This document shows positions 1-9,961 of a DNA stretch of 64,000 nt, one piece after another. A program made the position numbers and the translations under genes. This DNA comes from a virus. Numbering within the stretch: the first letter of the stretch is position 1; each line of letters opens with the position of its first letter. The notes below the pieces were generated by a model. It worked only from the letters and a program-made list of their open reading frames with translations, did not search any database and was not told the DNA's origin. The stretch covers positions 41,388 to 105,387 of IMG/VR virus record IMGVR_UViG_3300035670_000075. One strand, given 5' to 3'.

Positions 1-784
1 CAGACTGCAAATCTTTGGCGATTGGCGCTAACAGGTGCGGCATGTCATCGTAAAAACCAAGCTCTGCACCATTCTTCAGGTCGATGCCGACCATGCGGAA
101 AACGTTCGGTTTGTTATTACTGACCCATTGCACGATTGCACTGTTGAGGAAGTTTGACTTACCCCAACCCTTAGTTCCAGCAGCCAAATAAGATGCGTCA
201 CGACCGACGTAAATCTTTTTACCTTCAGCACTTTCGCCGAGGTAGATATTTAGCGGGTGTGGATCAGGATTTTGGTATTCAGCGTGGGCGGAAACTTCAT
301 TTGCTGCTGACTGCTCAACAACCTGCGCCACCTTTTCTTGTACAACCGCAACAGGCATCTGCTCACTTCTTTGTTGCATCTTCTTCAGTGCCGCCAAAGC
401 CTGCTGATACCTCGCGCTAACAGATTTGAGTTCGCCAGAAAGATGCTCGACTTGTGCGACGTACTTACGCTCAGCCTCGTTGCGCGCCGCTGCAATATCA
501 GCGGCGCGAGACTTCTTCAGCGCATCGAGTGCGCTTGAAGTCACCTTCAGTTGGCGCGTGACCGACTTGAAATCGGCTTCTAATTTATCGTAAGCCAGTC
601 TCAGGTCGGCAAAGCGGCTTTTAATCGCGTCAATCTTGCCTATCAGTTTGGTTTTCTCGCCATTCTTCCACTGACGCCACCGGGCGTCGTAGCGCTTCCA
701 TAGTTCTTTGTGAGCTATCAACGCTCCCCACATCGCCGTGGGGACGATAAAGAACGCTGCCAGTGTCCAGTTTGGATCAAGCAT
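1..784 (-). CDS. FtsK/SpoIIIE-family ATPase with N-terminal TM helix and coiled coil (runs off window edge)
   Basis: Not in the ORF track; translated by hand from ATG 784 (RBS GAAGGAG): MLDPNWTLAAFFIVPTAMWGAL...YLAAGTKGWGKSNFLNSAIVQW...FRMVGIDLKNGAELGFYDDMPHLL, matching the FtsK Walker A / IDPK / PHL motifs. Confidence 0.85.
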   Translation of the reverse strand, partial: MLDPNWTLAAFFIVPTAMWGALIAHKELWKRYDARWRQWKNGEKTKLIGKIDAIKSRFADLRLAYDKLEADFKSVTRQLKVTSSALDALKKSRAADIAAARNEAERKYVAQVEHLSGELKSVSARYQQALAALKKMQQRSEQMPVAVVQEKVAQVVEQSAANEVSAHAEYQNPDPHPLNIYLGESAEGKKIYVGRDASYLAAGTKGWGKSNFLNSAIVQWVSNNKPNVFRMVGIDLKNGAELGFYDDMPHLLAPIAKDLQS

Positions 785-2564
785 TTGCTGCTCCTTCGAG
801 TTTGAAATTAGCCCACATTCCTGAGTCTATTTCCGGTTGGATTTTTTTAGTTCCGTAGCGCGATATATGCCCGTCATTGCATTTGAATGCTTCTTGAGCA
901 GTTGACGCTTTTTCGCCCAACACAACCATCCGGTAACGAAACTTGCACGTCCAGTCATTACAATTTTCAATGACACGTCCATTTTCGTCTAAACCAGGAT
1001 GCCCAAACCCTTTTCCAGTCACTTCATCCCACGACTGACTTAGCTTGGCGATTTCATCAGAAACCGATGCGGTTTCATGTGCCGATTCAACAACGCCAGC
1101 AGGCATTGCAAAATCACGTTGCGATGCACGGCTTAAAAAATCAATCACGTCAGCTTTCTGCTGGACTGGTTCAACATCTCCAAAACTAACGGCAACAGCC
1201 GTAGCGCCCTGGACTGGGTATTGAACCACTGCGTCATGACTTCCACCGTAGGCTGTTACACCAGCACTGGCAACCACTGGTGAAGATGTGGCGCTGAATC
1301 CGCCGCCGAACACGCTGCCTTGTGCGCTTGGTTGCTCTTTGGCGGGTTCTTTTCTGGTGGTTGGGCGTGGCGGTACGGGGTCGTTATCGCCATCATCATC
1401 GCCAATACTTGCCAATTTGTCTCTGGCTTTTTCAATTTGCCGAGAGAAAAATCTTTTTGCCGCGCCAGGCAGAATAGATGCTTCATTATCTGCAACCTCG
1501 TCAATAATAGTGCCGTCATCATCTCGCAAAAATCTTAACTGCCCCTTATACATGACATGCAGCGCCCATAAAATAGCGAAACTCGCCGTCATAGCCAATA
1601 GCGTAGAGACTCTTTCAGGTGACGTTCCTACCAACTCGCCAATGCGATGTATCGCAGGCATATAAACATCGCCACCTGCGCTCCCGCTTTTAATTACAGA
1701 CTGGTCGTATTCTCTCTGCGCAATAACAACCGCCTGCTCTGCCGCGTTCAACTGCTGAGCATACTGATGGTACATTGAATACTTACCAAGTTCAGCCTGT
1801 AATTGAGCTATCAGCGGTGAGGTTGTTTCTGCTGGCTTTGATTGCTTAATTCTGTTCCAGTCGTCGCATACAGCCTTCGCTGCTGATTTCATCAACCCAT
1901 AGGACGTTGTTTTAGGCGTACATGATTGGTCGGTGATTTGTCCTCTGGTAAACTCGGCGTTGTATTGAGCATTCCAAAATTCGGCAACCTGCTTATTGTA
2001 AACGATCATCTTGCTTTCATTTGCAGCGTTAAGACGCTCGCGTTCAGCATCTATTTGAGCTTGTATGCTGCTGTACTTGGATACGTTTTCAGATAACTCA
2101 GATTCGCTGAATTTCCCGCCAGCACCAACTTTACTCAGTTCATTAACTGGAACTCCCGCTATTCTTGCCATTTGATTTTTTGCGGCATCCAAGTTTGAGC
2201 TTGAAGCGGTAACACCGGCAGAGCTTACGATGCTTTTAACCCTGTAGTCATTGAATACATCGGTGAAAAATGATGTCATCGAGAACATGGTAATAACAAG
2301 CGTAAGCCCATTCACAATGCGCGCGCTATTGGCAAGTCCATGATCCCCGATTTCAAGCGCAATAATTTCAGTTGCAATTAGCATTCTTCTGATGTAAACC
2401 AGCCCAATTGCAAAGCCAATGAGGATTGCTTGCGTGAGTTCATCATCTGACATGCGCGCCCATGTGTACGCTTCAGCAGCGAATACCAAGATCAGCATCC
2501 CCCATATGGCTGTGCTGTAGTTTGCGGCTATATCAGTTCTCTGTCTGTTGGTAACTGCCATCAC
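777..2564 (-). CDS. Multi-pass membrane protein with long coiled-coil region and low-complexity C-terminus
   Basis: About 3 N-terminal hydrophobic helices, Q/E/K/A-rich heptads, a further TM near residue 330; overlaps both neighbours. Confidence 0.7.
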   Translation of the reverse strand: MMAVTNRQRTDIAANYSTAIWGMLILVFAAEAYTWARMSDDELTQAILIGFAIGLVYIRRMLIATEIIALEIGDHGLANSARIVNGLTLVITMFSMTSFFTDVFNDYRVKSIVSSAGVTASSSNLDAAKNQMARIAGVPVNELSKVGAGGKFSESELSENVSKYSSIQAQIDAERERLNAANESKMIVYNKQVAEFWNAQYNAEFTRGQITDQSCTPKTTSYGLMKSAAKAVCDDWNRIKQSKPAETTSPLIAQLQAELGKYSMYHQYAQQLNAAEQAVVIAQREYDQSVIKSGSAGGDVYMPAIHRIGELVGTSPERVSTLLAMTASFAILWALHVMYKGQLRFLRDDDGTIIDEVADNEASILPGAAKRFFSRQIEKARDKLASIGDDDGDNDPVPPRPTTRKEPAKEQPSAQGSVFGGGFSATSSPVVASAGVTAYGGSHDAVVQYPVQGATAVAVSFGDVEPVQQKADVIDFLSRASQRDFAMPAGVVESAHETASVSDEIAKLSQSWDEVTGKGFGHPGLDENGRVIENCNDWTCKFRYRMVVLGEKASTAQEAFKCNDGHISRYGTKKIQPEIDSGMWANFKLEGAANA

Positions 2565-3661
2565 ACTTCTCCTGTTTTGATTAATGGTTCTATGTCAGCG
2601 TAAACTTGTTGTGACTTAATAAATGACGCAAACTTGTTTGCTGCGTTTACGGTATTAAACTCAACGTGAATATGACCTCCTGTTGAGCCTTTTGATGATT
2701 GCTTATACTCATCAATTACATCAAAATCTTTATCTTTCATCCCGGCAGATAACAGCCATCCATTAATTTTGCTTGCATAGTTGGCGCTCTTGTCGTGCTC
2801 AGAGATTATGAAATCCAAAGCCAATCCATCCGTATGCAGGCTTTCTGGTTTTTTATTTTTGTGCCACGCATCATTGAGCGACGTAAACCTAATAAAAGAG
2901 CTATCAACATCGGCTTTCTGAATCATTCCAGCTAAAATCCAGATAGCCTCATGGCTATCTCCGCCTTCAACAGCCTGCCCGTATCGACCTCCTTTGATCA
3001 CTAGCTCGCTTTTTTGATACTGCCTAAAATCTGAGGTTATATTTGCAACGTAGGCTCTTGTTTCTTTGAATGGAGGAATCGTGTTTTGGTACTTGCGCAC
3101 GTTACCTTGTCCGGCGTTATATGCCGCCAAAGCCAAATCAACAGAGCCAAACATTTTCAGTAACTTGGCGAGATAAGATGCTCCGCAATCTAAATTTTTA
3201 TCTATGTCGAAAATGTATTCTTGCTCAAGACCGCATTCACCGCTTGCAGTAGCAGGCATCAACTGAGTTAAGCCTGAAGCACCTTTTGGTGAGCTAATGT
3301 TTTCAATCCATACCGATTCCTTCGTTATAAGCGAACGAAACAAATACTTGTCAATGCCGTGGCTATCAGCATAGCAATCTGCTTTATTGCGCTTTCCTTC
3401 CACTTCGGCGCAATTGCCAGTAATGGGCTTGTTATTTAACAAAAAATCAAACGACAACTCCTGTTTGGCAATGCTTGCAGAAGCACTTCTAATATAAAAA
3501 TCAAAGCCTGGAATACTCGGCATCTTGAGGAAATCGAAAGCCACCATGACAGCTATGATGCATAGTGCTGGCGCAATGTTGTACCGTAACGGATACCTGT
3601 CATTCCAAAAAACCTTAACCACGATTAAGGTGATAATTACTCCAAATATAGACTCGTTCAT
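2561..3661 (-). CDS. Membrane-anchored lytic transglycosylase (SLT) fused to a C-terminal M15/LAS-like peptidase domain
   Basis: ES...SPKGASGLTQLMPATA...LALAAYNAG...ETRAYV (SLT); SLH..GLALDF...GGHIHVEF (LAS Zn ligands); N-terminal TM segments. Confidence 0.85.
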   Translation of the reverse strand: MNESIFGVIITLIVVKVFWNDRYPLRYNIAPALCIIAVMVAFDFLKMPSIPGFDFYIRSASASIAKQELSFDFLLNNKPITGNCAEVEGKRNKADCYADSHGIDKYLFRSLITKESVWIENISSPKGASGLTQLMPATASGECGLEQEYIFDIDKNLDCGASYLAKLLKMFGSVDLALAAYNAGQGNVRKYQNTIPPFKETRAYVANITSDFRQYQKSELVIKGGRYGQAVEGGDSHEAIWILAGMIQKADVDSSFIRFTSLNDAWHKNKKPESLHTDGLALDFIISEHDKSANYASKINGWLLSAGMKDKDFDVIDEYKQSSKGSTGGHIHVEFNTVNAANKFASFIKSQQVYADIEPLIKTGEV

Positions 3662-3791
3662 TGTTTGATTCTTCTATGTGATTGATATATGATTTGCACA
3701 TATACTCGTATACCAAATACTATATCATAACGATATATGATGCAAGCATATATGCGTCACATATCGCCAAACGCGACACAAAGGATATACA

Positions 3792-4166
3792 ATGGCTGCG
3801 CAAGCTAAACTTACTGATGAGTTAAATCGTGATGAATGCCTCGGTGATGAGGTATTCATGGGGAGAGTTATCGCTGTGGCGGAAGGAAAACCGAAAGTAA
3901 AGCAGCTATCAGTGCCGGGTGTTCTTTTTGATGAATGCCAAGAATCGTCGAGAGCGCTTGGACTGCCGTTTAATGAGTGGATCGTTCAAGCCATGCGTGA
4001 CAAGCTTGCGCGTGAGCGCGGCGTATCTTTATTGACGGAACCCGATATAAAACTGATAGAGGAAACGGCGCGCAGAATGGCTGAGCAAGTCGGTGATGTA
4101 GTTGCGGAAAGAACCGCTGGTCAGTACGGAATGCTGATCGAGCTATGCAGGAATGGAAAAGACTAA
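3792..4166 (+). CDS. Small ribbon-helix-helix-like regulator
   Basis: VKQLSVPGVLFDECQESSRALGLPFNEWIVQAMRDKL fits a beta-helix-helix pattern; divergent from the SLT operon. Confidence 0.5.
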   Translation: MAAQAKLTDELNRDECLGDEVFMGRVIAVAEGKPKVKQLSVPGVLFDECQESSRALGLPFNEWIVQAMRDKLARERGVSLLTEPDIKLIEETARRMAEQVGDVVAERTAGQYGMLIELCRNGKD

Positions 4167-4339
4167 AAAAAACGCCGCCATAAAAAAATCAGACGGCGCG
4201 AAGCGAGAAAAGAAAAGCAGTGCATAGCCTCCATGCCATGCACTGCTGATACCTATAAGAACTCCATTTGAGCGCCATTCAGCCAGCGCACATCTTCGCC
4301 TGAAATCCATTGGCTAGGGTTCATGCTGGCTGTATTGAT

Positions 4340-5902
4340 TCACTCAAAAACGCTGATTTGACCGCAGAAGCTTACGCTGTTGCCGTCGCTGTCAGTTCCC
4401 GTCCACTTTGCCGCCGTCCATTCAGCTTCGGCGGTACGCGGGCCGTCGTTTTCACCGGCAGTCGGGGCGAAGCTCATGGTTACTTCAGCCGCGCTGAAGA
4501 TCACCAGTTTGCCTGCGCCAGCGCAATCTTTCTCCTGCAACTTCAGGTCGATGCGCGACTTACAGTTGCGTTTCATCCGGTCGTAATACTTCACGGAGTT
4601 ACCCACGAACAAGAACGTCACGCTGCCAGTCAGGTTGACATGATTCAGGTGAAAGTTGGTGTTGTAGTAACCCGCCAAGCTATCAGGGTTGTGTGCGTCA
4701 ACACCGCATTTGGTGGTGCGAATGCCAGCGTAGCGTTCTTGCATGTTCCACGAACCGCTGGTGATGCAGAACGCGCCTGTCGTGCCTTCGGCACTGGAGT
4801 TGGTCGTGAATACCATATTCGCGCCTACCAACGGATCGGTGATGGACGAGGCGGTGACGGTGGTGTGGTACGGGGCAGAAACGGCATCGTCTTCTTTGGG
4901 GTTGTAATCCAAATCGGAAGTAACTACCGCCGTAAAGTTGCCGGTAGCGGTGCTTTCGATGTCGCAAGACATTTCAAAACCGCTGATGGCAACACCGTTG
5001 ATCCGGCGATAGAACGGAATACCGGAGTCGGACTCGTTGACTTGAAAGGTTTTGAAGGTGTTGCTGTCGCGGATGTACTTCGCCCGCACAAACGTCACCG
5101 CCACACCAGCTTCAGCCAGCAATGCGCGCGGGCCTTTGACGGTAATCTTGTGTGCGCCAGGGGTGCTGGTATCTTTGTCTTCGACCAAGAAAGGCTCATC
5201 GTTGGCGGAGGCGTTAATTACCAATCCGCTCATCTTGATGAACTGACCGATACCCACGTTAGCCAACCAGCCGTCGGTTGCGCACGCAATGTGGTAAGTG
5301 TCCGGCGTGCCAGCGGTAACGGTGATAGTGACGGTACGCGACGCGCTTTCTTGCGCAACCCAACCCGTATTATTGGTCATCACGGAGGGGATGAAATCGT
5401 CGAACTTGTCGTCGAGGCGCAGCGAATCTTCAACGGAGAAGCCAACGTCAAAGCCGTTGACGACGCGATGACCGTAACGCAAATCTTCAGAGATAACCGC
5501 ACCGGCTTCGTCATCGTAGCTCGCGCTGTCTTCAATGCCGCCGCCCTTGTAAACCAGTTCCTTCACGGTAGGCGGGACGGTAATACTGATCAACGTGTCG
5601 GTACTGAATGCCGCACCGTCAACCGTCAGCACATGGGGGTCGGCGCTAGTATCCACCGCTACCACATAACGGGTTTCGCCAGCCAGGGTGCCGCCATTGA
5701 TAAGTACGGGATGACCGGCTACCAAGCCGTCAAACTTGCTCGGCGATGCGGCGGCAACGGTAATGTCGTTGTCATTCAGCGCGCCATCGACTGCGGTGAA
5801 CGTGCCGGTGCGGGTTTCCAGTTCGTACTGACCGCGATTGGTTTCTTCTTTGTACACCAAACCAACGCGAGCAGCGGTAGGGGTAGAGACTTGGGTTGTC
5901 AT
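4340..5902 (-). CDS. Major tail (tube) protein-like with inserted beta-rich decoration domains
   Basis: T/G/S-rich beta protein in the tail region; likely start MTTQVSTP at 5902. Confidence 0.6.
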   Translation of the reverse strand: MTTQVSTPTAARVGLVYKEETNRGQYELETRTGTFTAVDGALNDNDITVAAASPSKFDGLVAGHPVLINGGTLAGETRYVVAVDTSADPHVLTVDGAAFSTDTLISITVPPTVKELVYKGGGIEDSASYDDEAGAVISEDLRYGHRVVNGFDVGFSVEDSLRLDDKFDDFIPSVMTNNTGWVAQESASRTVTITVTAGTPDTYHIACATDGWLANVGIGQFIKMSGLVINASANDEPFLVEDKDTSTPGAHKITVKGPRALLAEAGVAVTFVRAKYIRDSNTFKTFQVNESDSGIPFYRRINGVAISGFEMSCDIESTATGNFTAVVTSDLDYNPKEDDAVSAPYHTTVTASSITDPLVGANMVFTTNSSAEGTTGAFCITSGSWNMQERYAGIRTTKCGVDAHNPDSLAGYYNTNFHLNHVNLTGSVTFLFVGNSVKYYDRMKRNCKSRIDLKLQEKDCAGAGKLVIFSAAEVTMSFAPTAGENDGPRTAEAEWTAAKWTGTDSDGNSVSFCGQISVFE

Positions 5903-6049
5903 AGCAAAAATCCTCTGATAGTGAAATTGATTGTCAATCAATGAGTTGACACGCCTTTCACTATAGGGGAAGATGCGTGTATTTAATGTATTTTTTGTGT
6001 TAAATGTAGCGCTAAGCGTTGTTGCATGTCATAAAATCGGGTAAACTAA

Positions 6050-6340
6050 GTGTCAACAGAGAAAAACCACCAGTCCAACCCTGATGCGAAACTCAGGATG
6101 GAAAACTTGGGAGAGCCAATTAAAGAGTTTCGTATCCGTCCAGTGGCGGTCTATCTTTCTGACCGGCTTGGTATTTCGTACAAAGCCGCTTATATCAGGG
6201 TTTTGAGAGTGGTGCGTGAAAAGATGGTCGAGCACGATTATTTTGGCGCGCACGACAGGCTTATTCGCGCCGAATACAAAAAAATCGGCGGCACGATTTT
6301 GATCAGCCGCGAGGCTGTGGTGAAGTATTTTTTATCTTGA
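6050..6340 (+). CDS. Hypothetical protein, possibly DNA-binding
   Basis: First gene of a tightly packed plus-strand cluster. Confidence 0.45.
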   Translation: MSTEKNHQSNPDAKLRMENLGEPIKEFRIRPVAVYLSDRLGISYKAAYIRVLRVVREKMVEHDYFGAHDRLIRAEYKKIGGTILISREAVVKYFLS

Positions 6341-6344
6341 GGGC

Positions 6345-6665
6345 ATGAGAATGGAAAGAGGCACATTGATTCGTGAGTTGCAGAGAGTCATGCGTGATGA
6401 GAATGGCGACGAGGGTACGCCGACACAGGCGTTAATTGGCGATGTGTTTGATTCGCTGTGTACGTTTATGCATTCGCAATTGGCGGCTGGTGAAGACATT
6501 CGTTTCCCCGGCGTATGTCGCGTATTCGCCAAAGAGACGGTAAAGACATCACGCCAAAACCCGCGAACCAAAAAAAAGTTGCCAGGTCGCCGCAAGATGA
6601 TGCTGAAAGTTAAAGCTATCGGCGAACTTGCTGCCGAGTTTAATGAATCGGCGGTTGAGTTGTGA
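6345..6665 (+). CDS. HU/IHF-like DNA-binding protein
   Basis: LAAGEDIRFPGVCRVF...RQNPRT...KVKAIGEL matches the HU arm motif. Confidence 0.8.
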   Translation: MRMERGTLIRELQRVMRDENGDEGTPTQALIGDVFDSLCTFMHSQLAAGEDIRFPGVCRVFAKETVKTSRQNPRTKKKLPGRRKMMLKVKAIGELAAEFNESAVEL

Positions 6666-6922
6666 AGTGGGCGCAAAGATACCCTACGGTTGGTGCTGTC
6701 GCCAAGGCATCGCTTGAAACGTTGCGTCAGTACGATACAAACCTGCCAGAACCAACAACGGATGTTGAGCGAACTGTGCGTAAGCGCATTACGCGCAGAA
6801 TCGACGACATGACGGCTCAGCAAGTCAGGGAGCAATCGCCGGATGTTGCTGACGCTTTCAACCGAATATTTGATAAGTTGGCGGATAAGGGTGTTAAAGT
6901 TCCCGGCGCGAGAAGGTTTTGA
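6662..6922 (+). CDS. Hypothetical protein
   Basis: Coupled start/stop overlaps on both sides. Confidence 0.55.
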   Translation: MKWAQRYPTVGAVAKASLETLRQYDTNLPEPTTDVERTVRKRITRRIDDMTAQQVREQSPDVADAFNRIFDKLADKGVKVPGARRF

Positions 6923-7539
6923 TGGCGAGGCTTGATAAGCAGTTTGAATCTGCAACTGTCGAGTGGTCAACGCCGCCAGATATATTTAAGCCGCTTAATG
7001 ATGAATTCGGATTCACTCTTGATGTGGCGGCGAACAGCCAAAACACACAATGCAAGAATTTTATATCAAAAGAGCAAGATGGACTTGTTGCGGAGTGGAT
7101 CGGCGTCTGCTGGTGTAATCCGCCATACGGAAGAGACATAAAGAAGTGGGTTAAAAAAGCCGTAATCCACACATGGGATGGAGTTACAACGGTAATGCTT
7201 ATTCCTGTACGGTCTAATACCGTGTGGTGGCATCAGTTGTGTATCCCGTTTGGTGAAATAAGGTTTGTTAAAGGGCGACCGAAGTTTGGTGGCGCTGACA
7301 AAGGACTTCCGTGGCCGCTTGCGGTTGTTGTTTTTCGCGGTAAGCCTTCGATTATTGCTGAAGTCTTGACTTGCGATATTTGCGGAAAAGAAATCACCGA
7401 CTTTGACAACGACCTTTTCCATCACACCGGAAAACTGCACGGCGAGAAAAATTCACATATTCACCTGTGCGGCGGATGTCATAACCAGGCGCTAATGGAA
7501 ATTGACTTTGATTTGTTGATTCAGCAGGGGATTATTTGA
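6919..7539 (+). CDS. Phage DNA N6-adenine methyltransferase
   Basis: EWSTP..F..L..EFGFTLDVAA, QDGL..W, WCNPPY, LIPVRSNT.WW, RFVKGR.KF. Confidence 0.9.
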   Translation: MMARLDKQFESATVEWSTPPDIFKPLNDEFGFTLDVAANSQNTQCKNFISKEQDGLVAEWIGVCWCNPPYGRDIKKWVKKAVIHTWDGVTTVMLIPVRSNTVWWHQLCIPFGEIRFVKGRPKFGGADKGLPWPLAVVVFRGKPSIIAEVLTCDICGKEITDFDNDLFHHTGKLHGEKNSHIHLCGGCHNQALMEIDFDLLIQQGII

Positions 7540-7835
7540 ATACTCTAATTCCCGCGCGCTGCGCGGGCGACGAGAAAAAACCACGCGCCCCAAAGACCTC
7601 GCGTGCGTGCTTGCACACGATAAAATGCACGCTGGCATCGTAATGCAACGGGCTTTGCTTTTTTGCCGAAACAAAGTCAAGGGGTTGTGCTAACAGCCCC
7701 GCCTAAATTCAATCACTCTCATTCCAACGCGGAGCGTGGTGAAGAGAAAATAAGAACCCTCCAGTCCTTTCAGGGTATGGTTTGCGCCCATGATAGCCAC
7801 CAGTTACGGGAATAACTGGTGGCTATCGAAAACGC

Positions 7836-8507
7836 TCACCCCTTAACCAACTCCGCCCACCAGTTATACGAACAAATCCGCGTCCGATAACCGTCCTTGC
7901 GTTCATTGGTAGTTTCCACGCGGCGGCGCACGCCGTTACTAACGGTGAAATGCAATGAACCACATGTCCAGTCCTTGAAAATCGCATCGCAGCGGTCTTT
8001 GAAATCGAAACTGACAAACGCACTTTCAGGGACATGCAAGCGAATATCCAGCAAGCCTTCCAGCTTCCAACTCGGCGGCGAATAGCACAGATGCGATTCG
8101 CGCTCGCCGACCATCTCCAATTCCACATATGGCTTATCTTGCGGTAACTCGCCAACAATCCACTTGCCGCCTTCGTCCGTGGTGATGAAGTAAGCAGGCG
8201 TGTACCACATGAACAACTGCTCGTCACCATCGCCTGACGCGGATGTAACTGACTCTGCCACGGTGATGCTGAAGGGTGAAACTGACGTGTTGACAGCCGC
8301 GATGGTGAATAGCTTGCCGTTGTTCGCGCCAAGTCCGTCGCGCGACTCTAGCCAATGACCAGGCTCGAAGCCGTCGAACGCGCCGATGTCGCTTGACTGG
8401 AACTTGTTTGGCGCGACAGCATCGATGGTGCCGGATTGCAGCAGACCCCATCCGTCGATAAAACGCTGCTCTATATCGCCGACAATATCTGCGTGCTTAG
8501 TGTACAT
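7836..8507 (-). CDS. Tail completion/terminator-like protein with inserted decoration domain
   Basis: Position in tail region; PYVELE...G.LDIRLHVP pattern; likely start MYTKHAD. Confidence 0.5.
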   Translation of the reverse strand: MYTKHADIVGDIEQRFIDGWGLLQSGTIDAVAPNKFQSSDIGAFDGFEPGHWLESRDGLGANNGKLFTIAAVNTSVSPFSITVAESVTSASGDGDEQLFMWYTPAYFITTDEGGKWIVGELPQDKPYVELEMVGERESHLCYSPPSWKLEGLLDIRLHVPESAFVSFDFKDRCDAIFKDWTCGSLHFTVSNGVRRRVETTNERKDGYRTRICSYNWWAELVKG

Positions 8508-8562
8508 CGTGACTACCCCATACAGTAAAGCCGGGCAGGTATCTCTACCTGTCCGGCTTGGG

Positions 8563-8994
8563 TTAATGCTTCTTGCCGCGTGACGGCTTCGGCGCGCTCT
8601 TTGAACTCTTGCTTTTTGCCTTTTCCTTCTCGCTTTCGAGGCGGAGAAACGCGGCATCGACTGCGTGCATCACATCGGCAAATCCGGGGATCAAAACAGC
8701 GATGCTGATACTGAGTATCATATCGCTGAATAGCAGGTTAGCAAACTCCAGGTAAGCGCTAGGCGGTATCGGATTATGCCCAAAGCCGCCACCCGGATTT
8801 GAGTTGCGTAGCCAGTAATACGCTTTCAACAACTCCATGTCGATGAACGACATGTCAGGGCGCTTATCCTCGATTTCCTTGAGTTCGTCAGGGACAATGC
8901 CTGTCGCTTCGGCAATATCCCTGAGTGCCTTTAGATTACGCCCCTTGTTTGAGGCGTAATTTTCCTGCCACTCAAGAAACGCGATTACTTTTCC
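8563..8994 (-). CDS. Frameshifted C-terminal extension (gpT-like) of tail assembly chaperone
   Basis: The -1 frame is open from the slippery site GGAAAAG (8994-8988) through the 8853-8563 ORF; WLRNSNPGGGFGHNPIPPSAY resembles TAC-GT C-termini. Confidence 0.7.
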   Translation of the reverse strand, partial: GKVIAFLEWQENYASNKGRNLKALRDIAEATGIVPDELKEIEDKRPDMSFIDMELLKAYYWLRNSNPGGGFGHNPIPPSAYLEFANLLFSDMILSISIAVLIPGFADVMHAVDAAFLRLESEKEKAKSKSSKSAPKPSRGKKH

Positions 8995-9833
8995 GTGGCT
9001 GCGTCAGCCTCGGCTTCGGCAACTTTGCGGAAGTTCTCGTTCTCGTTGGCTTTGTCGATGACTTCGCCACGGAAGTTGATGGCATTCGCCGCCAACAAGC
9101 CGACATTCGCCGGGGTGAATTCAAACGGCGTGGTCTTGGCAGCAGCAATCGCTTCGTCGCTCATGAAGTTGGCTTTGACGAACAAAAGGTCATTACCGGC
9201 TTCATTCAAAATAGACGCAGCCAGTTCACGGTCTTCATGAAGCAAATCCATCATGCTTTCGCTGGTGATTGGCAGCTTTTCGTCACCGCTACCCAAATTC
9301 CAGTCAGCGACCACTGCCAAAAGTTTTTCAACGGTTGCCTTGTCTTCGTCAGCCTGCTTGGGCGCGTCACCGACCGCCGTGCCGGACATCATCCGACTAT
9401 TGGACTGGTAGAACTGCTTGTGAGTTTCGGGCAGAGAAGAACTCCGTAGGGTGACTTCGATTTCAACAGACACACCATGCGCTTTGAACTTATGCGTTGT
9501 AGGCACGCCGGATTTGGCTTTATCTTCGTCCAACGTGACCATTGCAGCATCGTATTCACTCATGCGCCAGCTTTGCAGCGCCAAGCCGAAATATTCACGG
9601 CTGGCTTTTTCGCTGTCATCGAATGAGTCTTGCAGCTTGCCGTAAGTTTGCTTGCCGCCGCCCTTCATCATTTTTTCGTATTGCCGACCCTTGGCTGTTT
9701 GGCGCAGCTTTTCGGCGCGCGGGTCTTTGTTTAAGTTACGCAGGGTAACAGGGACATCAATAGCATTGATGTTAATGGTTACTTCGGATTGACGTGCGCT
9801 TTTCAGCAAATTGAAATCGATCAGTTTACCCAT
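8985..9833 (-). CDS. Tail assembly chaperone (gpG-like)
   Basis: LLAVVADWNL...LPITSE..MDLL motif; ends ENFRK...EK* at a slippery sequence. Confidence 0.7.
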   Translation of the reverse strand: MGKLIDFNLLKSARQSEVTININAIDVPVTLRNLNKDPRAEKLRQTAKGRQYEKMMKGGGKQTYGKLQDSFDDSEKASREYFGLALQSWRMSEYDAAMVTLDEDKAKSGVPTTHKFKAHGVSVEIEVTLRSSSLPETHKQFYQSNSRMMSGTAVGDAPKQADEDKATVEKLLAVVADWNLGSGDEKLPITSESMMDLLHEDRELAASILNEAGNDLLFVKANFMSDEAIAAAKTTPFEFTPANVGLLAANAINFRGEVIDKANENENFRKVAEAEADAATEK

Positions 9834-9961
9834 TTTCTCACTCGCTTCTGTAATGTAAAAGTGTATTTTTAACCAAAAATTACGATGCGCGATGGCATCT
9901 TCAAAAAACAACCACGCCACCTCGCGCCAAATAACGCCTAGTGCGTGATAGGTTGTTACCA

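Noticed and set aside
4310-5944. 544-aa plus-strand ORF
   Set aside because: Antisense shadow of the tail tube gene, with no motifs or RBS
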